Counted from the first letter of the stretch, positions 34,683-43,412 are shown. The stretch: DNA of 64,000 nt from Phycicoccus sp. (GCA_012927555.1 JABBOX010000232.1:7886-71885), one strand, 5' to 3'. Made by a program: numbers and translations. The notes: a model not told the origin generated them from the letters alone.

Positions 34683-36342
34683 CCCCGGTCATTCATGGGA
34701 TCCCTGGTTCGGGTCGTTGAGCTCGTCGGACTGGTGATGGTGACGAAACCGGTTGGTGGGTATGACGACGGCCCGGGTGGCGCTTCCGGGTGGCGGTTCT
34801 CCGTGGGTCCTTGGTCGGTCGGGTGGGACTGATTTTGGTGGCTCAGCCGGGTGCCGGTATTGCGGCGACCTTCGCGAATACGCTGGCGATCGCTGCGGCC
34901 CAAGGCCAGTTCGAGGGGATCCGCAGCCGCCGTCTTCGCCCGCCGGTGGTGAGTTTGGCGGGGACGTGCAGGAGCCGGTAGCGCAGCGCTTTGGGTTCGC
35001 ACTTGGCCAGCTGCGGTGTCAGTGCCAGCAGCCGCAGCCAGGCGATGAGGTCGGCGCTGATCGCGACGAGCTGGGCCCAAGCGGTGTTGATCGCGAAGTC
35101 GCGGGAGGGAAACCGTCCCAGGCCGGAGTCCTTCGCGTTGCGGATCCGGTCCTCGACCCGGGCGTGGGCGCGGTGGCGGGCCTCCAGGAACGCCAACTGC
35201 CCGACCGCGGTGTTGGTCGCTACGACTTGGTAGCGCCACCCGTCGGCCTCTTCGAACAGGGATAGTTGCGCGCCGGGGTGGGGTCGTTCCCGGCGCACGA
35301 TCAGGCGCATCCCGGCCGGCCACCCGGTCAGGTCCAACAGGTTGGTGATCTCGGCGACGTCCCCGCCCTCGCGCACCTCGCCGTCGGCGTTGGTGGCCGG
35401 CGTCCACACCTTCTTGGGCACCTTGGCGATGGCATCACGGACCTTGGCGTTGGTGGCGTATCCGACCGAATACTCAACGGTGCGACCGCGTTTGGCCCCT
35501 TGGGCGGTGAGCCAGTCCAACAATCCATGGGAGGAGCCGGCGCCGTCGGCACGGATCAGCAGGTGCTTGCGGTGGGCGCCGGGGACCTGGGCGATGGCAC
35601 GGGTCAGGACCTCGATGTGGTCAGTGACGGTGTTGGAGCCGGCGTTACCGGCACGCATGAGCACGGCGAGCATCTCCTGGGTGTTATCGCACCAGACCGC
35701 CAGCGGGTGGTAGCCGAAACCGCCCTTGAACGTCGGTGCAGCCTGACTTTTCTCGCTGTGCGCGGTGACCAGGGTCGCGTCCACATCCAGGACCACGACC
35801 CCACCCAGGTCGGTGTCGGCGACCTCGGAGGCGGGCAGCGTGGGCAGCTGGGCCCACACGTGCCGGCGGACCCTGGCCCGGGCCACCTCGATCCGCTTCA
35901 ACGCCGCCGGAGTCAGCTCATCCAAGGCCCGCCACACCGTCGGCGCCGACGCCACCGGCCCCAGCACCTGGCCCTGGTGGCGCAGCACGTTGATGTCACC
36001 GATCGCCTCACCACCATCGGCCAGCATCACCGCGACGTCGACCAGCACCTGGCCCCGGTCATGAACCGGGACAAACGACCGCCGCCTGGTGGCCTTGCCC
36101 AGCTCCTTGGTCAACCCGGTCCGGTCGGCCAACAACCGCACCGCGATGCTCCCGGCATGGGCCACCACACCTGTTCCATCAGCAGACACGGACAACCCGG
36201 ACGACCACGTCGTATGCTTCACCTGCGAAGTGCCTCTCTCGTTGGGTCATTTGAACTCTCGCAAGTCCAAGTTTCCCTTACGCGGCAGGCACTTTCGCGT
36301 GTCCAGGCCCAGTGTCAGGTCACAACCCGTGAACGATCCGGG
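34683..36342. mobile_element. IS1380-family insertion sequence (1660 bp)
   Basis: Imperfect terminal inverted repeats CCCCGGTCATTCATGGG and CCCGGATCGTTCACGGG (reverse complement). Flanked by CTAG at 34679-34682 and 36343-36346. A single transposase ORF lies inside. Confidence 0.8.
34843..36222 (-). CDS. IS1380-family DDE transposase
   Basis: 459-aa ORF whose N-terminus SADGTGVVAHAGSIAVRLLADRTGLT and overall pattern are typical of IS1380 transposases. Confidence 0.85.
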   Translation of the reverse strand: MKHTTWSSGLSVSADGTGVVAHAGSIAVRLLADRTGLTKELGKATRRRSFVPVHDRGQVLVDVAVMLADGGEAIGDINVLRHQGQVLGPVASAPTVWRALDELTPAALKRIEVARARVRRHVWAQLPTLPASEVADTDLGGVVVLDVDATLVTAHSEKSQAAPTFKGGFGYHPLAVWCDNTQEMLAVLMRAGNAGSNTVTDHIEVLTRAIAQVPGAHRKHLLIRADGAGSSHGLLDWLTAQGAKRGRTVEYSVGYATNAKVRDAIAKVPKKVWTPATNADGEVREGGDVAEITNLLDLTGWPAGMRLIVRRERPHPGAQLSLFEEADGWRYQVVATNTAVGQLAFLEARHRAHARVEDRIRNAKDSGLGRFPSRDFAINTAWAQLVAISADLIAWLRLLALTPQLAKCEPKALRYRLLHVPAKLTTGGRRRRLRIPSNWPWAAAIASVFAKVAAIPAPG

Positions 36343-37114
36343 CTAGCAGTCCAGAAATCAGTCCCTTGGGCTTAATGATGCGGGCCCGATCTTCAACAGC
36401 GATGGCGAGCTGACGCCCCACGGCTGACTCCTCGGCCTTCGCCATGTCGAGGAACTCCTGCAGCCGCCGGCGCGCATCCCGTCTATGGGAGCCCAGCCCG
36501 AGTAATGCTGACTCTGGCATCCCCACGAGGCTAGGGACGTTGAATCCGTACAAAGAGGTCCGCACCTTCCGGGCGGCGCTCCGTCGGGCCTGGCTGATGA
36601 ACTCATAGGCCGCGAGCCAGACGGATTCATTTCCCACCGGGAGGTGTCTGCCGCGTTTGAACCCCCTCCATCGCTCCTGCTCCTCTTGCTCCGGAACCAG
36701 GTCACGTAGGTGGGAAAGAGCCGTCGTCATCTCTGCAGCAATTTGCTTGATGGCAGGCTCGACCTCGCTGTCAGCAAAACCGTCGAGGTCTGTTAGCTCT
36801 CGGAGAATGGTCATCGCCACGTGGGCTCGCGGGTTCTCAGATTGGTCTTCGTTGTAGCTTCGGATGAGCGCTTCATAGACAACTTCGTCATCAAGCGCGT
36901 AGTCAAGGTCATGGTCAAGGAGCTGCCTCGCGGCAACCTGGGCATCGCCGGTCGCATGCTCAAGTCGTGTCTCTAGCTCCGCCACTCGGCGATCGGCACC
37001 CTCCTGCGCGCTGTCCAGTGTGACGAAACGCGCGACAAGAAGGCCGCCGACTATAGCGACGATGGCAGCGCCGACCACAGCACAAGTTGTGAGGAGCGTG
37101 CCCGAATCAATCAC
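36320..37114 (-). CDS. N-terminally anchored coiled-coil protein of unknown function, 3' end replaced by the IS
   Basis: 264-aa ORF with one N-terminal TM helix and a long charged helical region. The last 8 codons and the stop lie inside the IS1380 right end. Confidence 0.5.
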   Translation of the reverse strand: MIDSGTLLTTCAVVGAAIVAIVGGLLVARFVTLDSAQEGADRRVAELETRLEHATGDAQVAARQLLDHDLDYALDDEVVYEALIRSYNEDQSENPRAHVAMTILRELTDLDGFADSEVEPAIKQIAAEMTTALSHLRDLVPEQEEQERWRGFKRGRHLPVGNESVWLAAYEFISQARRSAARKVRTSLYGFNVPSLVGMPESALLGLGSHRRDARRRLQEFLDMAKAEESAVGRQLAIAVEDRARIIKPKGLISGLLARIVHGL

Positions 37115-37391
37115 ACAAGCGAGGTTAGCCTCGATGGGCTGGCTCCAAGTGGCGCCGCCACGTGGCCTTGGCCAAGCGCCTTCTCGAGCGCCGCGGGGGA
37201 GGGAGGAGTCCTTGTCCCCAGTTGCGAGGCTCGCCCGAGTCAGCGTTGGCCTCTATGGGATCAAGGCGCGCCTCCGGCGCGCTGGCTGCCTGCGGACGGC
37301 GCTGGCGTGCTGTCCTCCGACAGCTTTCCAATGTCGCTGGCGAATTGAGCCGTCTCGCCGCGACCGTGAGAGACCACGATAGGTTGCCAGC

Positions 37392-38507
37392 ATGCCTGAA
37401 GACGATGCAGTCGATGTCACGGACAGTCAGCTACTTAGTGATGATGAGCTTGCTGAACTCGAGGAGGCAGATCCAAAAGCGCATCAGGTCGTTTACGCCG
37501 GCCAAGACTTCGATGTCGAAGGGCTAGTCCGTCGACTCGACCGACGGGACATCCTTATCCCGCGGTTTGGTCATGCTGACGAGGACATCGTCACTCCCGG
37601 GTTCCAGCGCAGCTTCGTCTGGAAGCGACCGCAGATGGATCGGTTCATCGAGTCGATGCTTTTGGGCTACCCCATACCCGGGATTCTCCTCGTCCGCCAA
37701 CAAGACAAGCGATACCTCGTCCTCGACGGTCAACAGCGTCTCAGGACGCTCCAGCATTTCTACAGCGGCATCCACGGAGATCGAGTCTTTGATCTAAAGA
37801 ATGTGTCGGAAGAGTTCCGTGGCCTCTCCTACTCAACCCTAACGCCCGCGCAAAAGCGCGCCCTAGACAACACCTACCTCCAGGCCACGATCCTCGACAC
37901 GGACGGATCAGCGGAGTCGTTGGACGCGATCTATCAGATCTTCGAGCGCCTTAACTCCGGTGGAACTCAACTCACTCCCCATGAGATCCGGGTGGCGCTG
38001 TTTGCCGGTGGATTGATCGACCTCCTTCACGAACTGAATACACACCCTGCGTGGCGAAGCCTCTACGGAGCACCATCCCCGCGGCTTCGGGATCAAGAAC
38101 TGGTGCTCCGTATCTTGGCGCTCTATTGTATGCATGACATTTATACAAGGCCCCTTAAGGGCTTCCTCAATCACTTCGCGAACGTCCATCGTGACGCCAG
38201 CGATGAACAAGTCAAGAAGGCGGCGGAACTGTTCAAGAGGTCCTCAGATCTACTCGCGAAAGCTGTAGGCCGAGACGCCCTTAGGCGCCGATCGAAACAG
38301 ATCAATGCCGCACAAACCGATGCGATGTTCGTAGGTCTGATGACTGCCCTCGAGACTCGCGATCTCGTTGACCGGCAGGTCTTAGCTGCCTTTCAGAACC
38401 TCCAGAGCTCCATGGCTTTCGACAAAGCGACGATCACAGGAACCTCTGACGAGGAAGTTGTGAATGCGCGCATTGAGGCGTCCGTGACGGCATTCAGCGC
38501 CGCGTGA
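37392..38507 (+). CDS. DUF262 (ParB/Srx-like, GmrSD N-terminal-type) protein
   Basis: 371-aa ORF with FQRSFVW...GYPIPGILL...YLVLDGQQRLRTL, the DGQQR signature of DUF262. No DUF1524 HNH-like C-terminal domain was seen. Confidence 0.85.
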   Translation: MPEDDAVDVTDSQLLSDDELAELEEADPKAHQVVYAGQDFDVEGLVRRLDRRDILIPRFGHADEDIVTPGFQRSFVWKRPQMDRFIESMLLGYPIPGILLVRQQDKRYLVLDGQQRLRTLQHFYSGIHGDRVFDLKNVSEEFRGLSYSTLTPAQKRALDNTYLQATILDTDGSAESLDAIYQIFERLNSGGTQLTPHEIRVALFAGGLIDLLHELNTHPAWRSLYGAPSPRLRDQELVLRILALYCMHDIYTRPLKGFLNHFANVHRDASDEQVKKAAELFKRSSDLLAKAVGRDALRRRSKQINAAQTDAMFVGLMTALETRDLVDRQVLAAFQNLQSSMAFDKATITGTSDEEVVNARIEASVTAFSAA

Positions 38508-39010
38508 TGGCTTGGGCGGGAGCATGGCCACCTCAACAGGTTCAAGTCAGTAGAAAGCGACTCCTCGCGCTCAAGACGGACTTGGAACGTCTGGACGATG
38601 AAATCTCTGACAACGTTCGCAATGCCCTAGCGAGATTCCTCGCGGTTCGCGCCTGCGGACACATTGAGTTCCTCTTCGACGAGTGCCTTGCCACGTATGT
38701 TGAAAGTCATTCTCACCCGAACGTCGCTGCATACGTTCGAAGCGGACTCTTCACCGGCAGAAATCCCTGGCCAAACGACCTCGCCAGACGCATGTCACGG
38801 ATCAATATCCTGTGGAGTCAGGAACTCGATGAACTGTTTGACGAGAATGATGAATTGCTACGCCGCGAGGTCAGCTTCCTCGTCGACCGCCGTAACAAGA
38901 TCGCCCATGGCCAGAATGAGGGGATGCAAATTCGCAAGTCTCTGGATCTAGCGGACCACGCGCTGAGTATTGGCGACTGGATCTCCGAACGTCTGGATCC
39001 TCGGCACTAA
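38504..39010 (+). CDS. HEPN-like protein (Rx4H motif)
   Basis: 168-aa helical ORF with the start overlapping the DUF262 stop (GTGATG). RRNKIAHG provides an R-x4-H HEPN motif near the C-terminal third. Confidence 0.6.
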   Translation: MMAWAGAWPPQQVQVSRKRLLALKTDLERLDDEISDNVRNALARFLAVRACGHIEFLFDECLATYVESHSHPNVAAYVRSGLFTGRNPWPNDLARRMSRINILWSQELDELFDENDELLRREVSFLVDRRNKIAHGQNEGMQIRKSLDLADHALSIGDWISERLDPRH

Positions 39011-39124
39011 CCATCACGGGCCCGACCATCACGCGGACGACCCGATTCGCCCCACCCGTCGCGGCGCGCAATCCGAGCAAACCCGCTGTGGTCGATCTGG
39101 GGTGATGACAGGGGCTCACAGGAT

Positions 39125-39267
39125 CTGGGGACGAGGGGAAGGGGTCCGCGCCGCCACCGTGCGCACAGCCCCCAGGTGAAAAGCTTGCTACGGCACAGGG
39201 CCCATGACGGACTCGGTACCTGGAGCGCGTGATTGCTCGCCCCTAGAGATGCCGGACTACAACCAGC
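39125..39267. repeat. Direct repeat, copy A (flanks the TA cassette)
   Basis: Two blocks match 40934-41092: a 52-nt block with 6 mismatches (CTGGGGACGAGGGG...GCCCCCAGG) and a block of about 70 nt at roughly three-quarters identity. Confidence 0.75.
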
Positions 39268-39422
39268 ATGGCCTATGCGGCTGGACCGGCCACGATGGTG
39301 GGGCTTGCCGGGCTCCTAGGTGCTGGAGCCCTTGCGAGAACTGGGGGAGCTCAGCAGGCCCCCAGCCTGTGGACAACTTGTCAAGGGATTCCCTAGTCGC
39401 AAGGAACGTAAGCATGTACGAT

Positions 39423-39457
39423 TAGATCGTCTAGATACCACTAGATACCACTAGACA
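39423..39457. repeat. Tandem 10-bp repeats CTAGATACCA (about 3.5 copies)
   Basis: TAGATCGT CTAGATACCA CTAGATACCA CTAGACA, about 100 bp upstream of the HTH antitoxin start. A conspicuous AT-rich motif in GC-rich DNA. Confidence 0.8.
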
Positions 39458-39553
39458 AGCACGAGGACCCAGCAAGATCGAGCAAAGATCCAGAAGAGCC
39501 ACTCAGACTCAGAAGGAACTCAGATCCCGCCGGACTAGTAGCAGGAGCAAGCC

Positions 39554-40096
39554 ATGAGTACTGCGACAGCCACAATGACCCAAGAAACGTACCTTCCGGA
39601 GCACGACTCCGAGACTTTCGCGGTCGTTCACAACTTCCTCGCCGCCAACGAAGCAAAAAGGGGCGAACGGCCCGCGCCGCGATACTTTTTGGCTGGGGCT
39701 GAGGCGGGCGACCAAGTCGAGCTCCCTGCTGAGGTCTACAACGTTGTGTACCAGGTGGTCGAGGCGATGACGGCCGGACTCGCAGTCACGGTCGCGCCCC
39801 AATCGCAGAAGCTCACAACTCAGCAGGCCGCTGACCTGCTGGGCATCAGCCGGCCGACCCTGATCAAGATGCTGGATGCGCAACGCATCCCCTACGACAG
39901 AATCGGGTCACACCGCCGCATCCTTCTCAGGGACGTGCTTGCGTTCAGGAACCAGCGACGTGAGGAGCAGTACGCGGCGCTTGAAGAGACAGCGGTCGAC
40001 ATTGACGACGAGGGTGACTTGGAGGCGACGCTGTCCGCCCTACGCAACGCTCGTCGCGTGGCCGCCGAGCGACGGCGTCCTCAGCGCAAAATCTGA
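39554..40096 (+). CDS. Excisionase-type HTH DNA-binding protein (putative antitoxin)
   Basis: 180-aa ORF. LTTQQAADLLGISRPTLIKMLDAQRIPYDRIGSHRRI is an HTH_17/MerR-excisionase pattern. It is followed 12 bp later by a PIN gene. Confidence 0.75.
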   Translation: MSTATATMTQETYLPEHDSETFAVVHNFLAANEAKRGERPAPRYFLAGAEAGDQVELPAEVYNVVYQVVEAMTAGLAVTVAPQSQKLTTQQAADLLGISRPTLIKMLDAQRIPYDRIGSHRRILLRDVLAFRNQRREEQYAALEETAVDIDDEGDLEATLSALRNARRVAAERRRPQRKI

Positions 40097-40108
40097 CAAG
40101 ATGCGCAT

Positions 40109-40690
40109 GTGTTCACAGCCCTCCTCGATACCTGCGTGCTGTGGCCCAGCACGCAGCGAGACTTCCTGCTCTCCTTAGCCATCGAGGGCATGTACCGCCC
40201 GATCTGGAGCAGTGCGATCCTCGTTGAACTGGAAATCTGCGAAACTGCCAAACTGATTGACAGGGTCGGCGTGAACGCCGGAGAGGCTGAACTTCGGGCA
40301 AGACATCTCGTCGAACAAATGCGGACCGCGTTCGACGATGCGGAGGTTGTCGGCTGGGAGGGACTGGAGGGCACTTACAGCCTCCCCGACCCTGACGACG
40401 AACACGTCCTCGCGGCCGCAGTGGTTGGTGGTGCCGCAGCGATCGTGACCAACAACCTCAGGGACTTCCCGAAGGCCAAAATGCCTCATGGTTTGGAGAT
40501 TCTCAGCCCAGCCGCTTTCGCGCTGTCCACGGTTTCCCTCAAGCCTGACCTGGCTTGGCAGGCGGTGCAGAAGATGGTGGCCCGTTACGGCAAAAGAGGA
40601 CCAGTGCGAACGACGGACGAAGTCCTGACCGTCCTTGCCGGCAGGTACGGAATGACCGACGCGGTCGACCTACTCCGAGAGTTCAGCTAG
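40109..40690 (+). CDS. PIN-domain toxin
   Basis: 193-aa ORF with LLDTCVLW (first acidic residue), DPDDEHVLAAAV and IVTNNLRDF, typical of PIN_3-like nucleases. Confidence 0.8.
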   Translation: MFTALLDTCVLWPSTQRDFLLSLAIEGMYRPIWSSAILVELEICETAKLIDRVGVNAGEAELRARHLVEQMRTAFDDAEVVGWEGLEGTYSLPDPDDEHVLAAAVVGGAAAIVTNNLRDFPKAKMPHGLEILSPAAFALSTVSLKPDLAWQAVQKMVARYGKRGPVRTTDEVLTVLAGRYGMTDAVDLLREFS

Positions 40691-40933
40691 CTGCACTAAC
40701 CACGGATGTATCAGCAAGGCTGCTGCGTCTCATCGCACCTCAGTACGGCTGCGCTGCCGTTCGCCTCAGACACGACGGCGAGAAGCGCGGACCCAGCCCG
40801 ACGCGCGCCTCAGAAGCCACCCGTTGACGCGGGCGCGGTGGAACCATCGTCGACACGCTGGACCTCAGCCGACAGTCTCGCTTGGGTTGCACGTATCCGC
40901 GCTGACACCCGGTCGCCGGCTGGCTTACAAGCG

Positions 40934-41092
40934 CTGGGGACGAGGGGGAGGGGAACGCGCAGCCACCTTGCGCACGGCCCCCAGGCCCCCAGCTCGGAGT
41001 TGGTGCATGGCTAGAACCCGCGCAGGGTCCATGACGGATTGGGTAGCTGGAGTGTGCCCGCTTGCCTTTAGAGATGCTGGGCTACGGCCAGC
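40934..41092. repeat. Direct repeat, copy B
   Basis: See copy A. Same orientation, with a longer spacer between the two conserved blocks. Confidence 0.75.
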
Positions 41093-41242
41093 CGCGAGAC
41101 TTGCGCGTTCACGGTGGGCAGCGCGCTCGGCGTGCAGTCCCCGTGCAACTAGCCGGGGTCAACACAGGTCAATGGGTAACACGTGGGAGAAGGTCCCAGG
41201 AGCACGGGCCACGGGCGGAGGCAGGTTTCCCAAACTGACAGC

Positions 41243-41267
41243 GCGGGTTCGATTCCCGTCACCATTC
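41243..41267 (+). other. tRNA 3'-end-like fragment (T-arm plus acceptor strand)
   Basis: GCGGG-TTCGATT-CCCGT forms a canonical T stem-loop and is followed by CACCATT-C. No matching 5' acceptor strand, D arm or anticodon arm could be built upstream. Confidence 0.3.
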
Positions 41268-41696
41268 CATACGCGAACAACGTTGCAGCACTTGCGAATC
41301 GGACGCTATCTCCCCTGCGGGTCAGCGCTCGTCGGCATCAGAAATCGGCACTCGTGCCATTACTGCGTGCCATTAACCATCTTGGCAAGTGCCCCTGCCC
41401 CGTCCTCATCGGCGTTCGGCTCGTGTTCGTCGAAGTCCGCTGCTGGCGCGTTAGCCAGCGCTGTTCAGACGCCAGCTACTACAAGTACACCGTCATGTGT
41501 CATGACCGGACCCGCCCGGTAACGGATTGGCCTGAGCGGCTGAGTCGCGGATCGCGACGTCCGTCATCTCATCGACCCATACAGACAAGGCCCGCTCATC
41601 GGCTATAGCGGTCCTATTCTATCGATCGTCCTGCGGACACCGAGGCTTGGCTCCGATGCGTCCGGTCGTCGTTCCGCGTCTGGTTCAAGACTCCCC

Positions 41697-41729
41697 CTAT
41701 GCCGTGGACAATGCTGTCGCTGGGGCTAG
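41697..41729 (-). pseudogene. Displaced 3' end of the FtsX-type permease gene
   Basis: The minus strand reads (L)APATALSTA-stop, completing ...GIYPAVRAALLA from 43925 upward. 1198 nt plus 29 nt gives 409 codons once one CTAG copy is removed. Confidence 0.75.
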
Positions 41730-41789
41730 CCGGGTATTCCGCACATGCGCGGGTGTGGGGGGTCTTGGGTGTCTGGTGGTCTTCCATTT

Positions 41790-43412
41790 TTATCGTGGTT
41801 GGGTGGGGTCGACGCCGAGCAGTCGCAGGATGTTGGCTTGTAGCGGTGGTGGTTCGGGGATGACGGGTGGGGTCTGGTGCGTGGCGGGGATTAGCCGGAG
41901 CCGGGACAGGGCCGTGAAGATGAGTCTGCCGGTGGGTTTGGCTGGTCGTCCTGCGTAGAGCCCGGCCAGGACGTGTGCGGGGGCGATGGCTAGGCGGAGT
42001 GCTCGTTCGACGAGGCAGAAGATGAGTAGTGCCAGGCAGATGACGGTGATGAGGGCTTCGATGCGCCGGTTGTTCTTCAGGAACATGGGGGCGACCGCGA
42101 GGGGTCCTTTGATGCTGCTGTAGCGGCGTTCGACGGCTTCTTGGCCTTTGTAGCGGCGCAGTACCTCGGCGGCGTCGGCGGTTTCGGGGTCCAGGTTGGT
42201 CAGTAGCGCGTACCAGCCGTCGGTGGCTGCTTCGGCGGTGAGCGCGCCGTCGTCGAAGTGCCAGCTCAGGGTGGGTTTGCCGGTAGCGGGGTCGGTGGCG
42301 ATGTCGGCTTGTAGGTAGCCGGTCACGCGGCGCGCGGTGCCGATGGCGCTGACGCGTTGTTGGACGGTTTGGGCGTCGGGGTAGTGGCGACCGCCGAGGC
42401 CGCGTTCCAGCCGGGCGAGGTCATCGCTGGCCCGGGCGAGTTTCTTGGTCCGGGCGAGTTGGGCGGCGCCGGTGCGAGTGGAGGACCAGACGAAAACCCG
42501 GCGCAGGACCAGGGTTGGTCCTTTGGTGGCCTTGGGCGGGGCCATCGCCATGGTGTCTTCGCGGACCCGCCAGCGGCCACGGAGCTCGGGTGCCCTGCCG
42601 AGGTCCCGCTCGGCCACGTGATGCACCTGCGTGGTGGGCTGGAGGTGTTGGGCGGCCAAGGTGGGGGCCTTGACGTAGGTCTTGGACGCCGGCGCGATGA
42701 ACTGGACGCCGGCGTCGTCCATGGCGCGCAGGTTCGGGTAGGAGACGAGTTTGGAGTCGCCCACCATCAGGAACTTGCGTGGTCCGGCGAGCTTGCGCAG
42801 CGACTCCATCGCGGCGGTGACCTGGGAGACCTCGCCGGCTCCGCCGTGGTAGGCCCGGTGGAATACCGGCACCCCACCGTCGCCGGTCACCGCGAGCCCG
42901 GCCTGGATTTGTTTGAGGTCTGTTCGCCGGTCCTTGGGGTGGCCGAATCGTGGCGTGGCGAAACCTTCCTGGGCATCCCGATAGTCGCCATAGAGGCTGA
43001 TCGAGGTCATGTCCCAGTGGAGCCGGGCCACGTCGAGCCCGAAGGCTGCGATGGCCGTTGCCCCGACCGAACCGACGATGTGCTCCAGTTCGGGGGCGAT
43101 CGCGTCCAGGGCCCGGCCGATCCGGTCGTCATTGAGCGCAGCCGGGTCGATACCGAAGATCTCCTCGGTCGCCCACGCCGCCGCCCAGTGCGCAACATGC
43201 ACCAGCGGTGTCGGCGAGGTCAGCCGGTTAGCTACCAGGGCCTCGATCACCTGCCCGTGGGTGAGCAATGCCAGGTCCCGGACCGGGCAGGCCCGGTCCA
43301 CGATGGCGGCGATATCCAGGCGCCGGGCGAACTCCGCGACCACCGGCAACGCCCCCAGAGCCTTGTCCACCACCACCGTCGGCGGTCCGTAGCTGATCCG
43401 GTTTCGTGACAC
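41790..43412 (-). CDS. IS1634-family DDE transposase
   Basis: 540-aa ORF with VHVAHWAA, LHWDMTSISLYGDY and IAPASK patterns typical of actinobacterial IS1634 transposases. Confidence 0.85.
   Translation of the reverse strand: MSRNRISYGPPTVVVDKALGALPVVAEFARRLDIAAIVDRACPVRDLALLTHGQVIEALVANRLTSPTPLVHVAHWAAAWATEEIFGIDPAALNDDRIGRALDAIAPELEHIVGSVGATAIAAFGLDVARLHWDMTSISLYGDYRDAQEGFATPRFGHPKDRRTDLKQIQAGLAVTGDGGVPVFHRAYHGGAGEVSQVTAAMESLRKLAGPRKFLMVGDSKLVSYPNLRAMDDAGVQFIAPASKTYVKAPTLAAQHLQPTTQVHHVAERDLGRAPELRGRWRVREDTMAMAPPKATKGPTLVLRRVFVWSSTRTGAAQLARTKKLARASDDLARLERGLGGRHYPDAQTVQQRVSAIGTARRVTGYLQADIATDPATGKPTLSWHFDDGALTAEAATDGWYALLTNLDPETADAAEVLRRYKGQEAVERRYSSIKGPLAVAPMFLKNNRRIEALITVICLALLIFCLVERALRLAIAPAHVLAGLYAGRPAKPTGRLIFTALSRLRLIPATHQTPPVIPEPPPLQANILRLLGVDPTQPR

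Noticed and set aside
34603-34692. Track start of the giant helicase ORF at 34692
   Set aside because: The first codons lie inside the IS1380 left end, so the reading there is fortuitous. The ATG at 34602 has an AGGA RBS and begins the conserved MDVFKVHE... N-terminus.
39423-39457. Short tandem repeats as a possible CRISPR array
   Set aside because: The units are 10 bp, contiguous and without spacers, and no cas genes are present. This is not CRISPR.
41171-41267. Possible complete tRNA or tmRNA gene
   Set aside because: Only the T-arm and the 3' acceptor strand are convincing. The best 5' partner (AATGGGT at 41171) pairs at 5 of 7 positions, would give a 97-nt molecule, and leaves no D or anticodon arm that I could build. 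It is kept only as a fragment.
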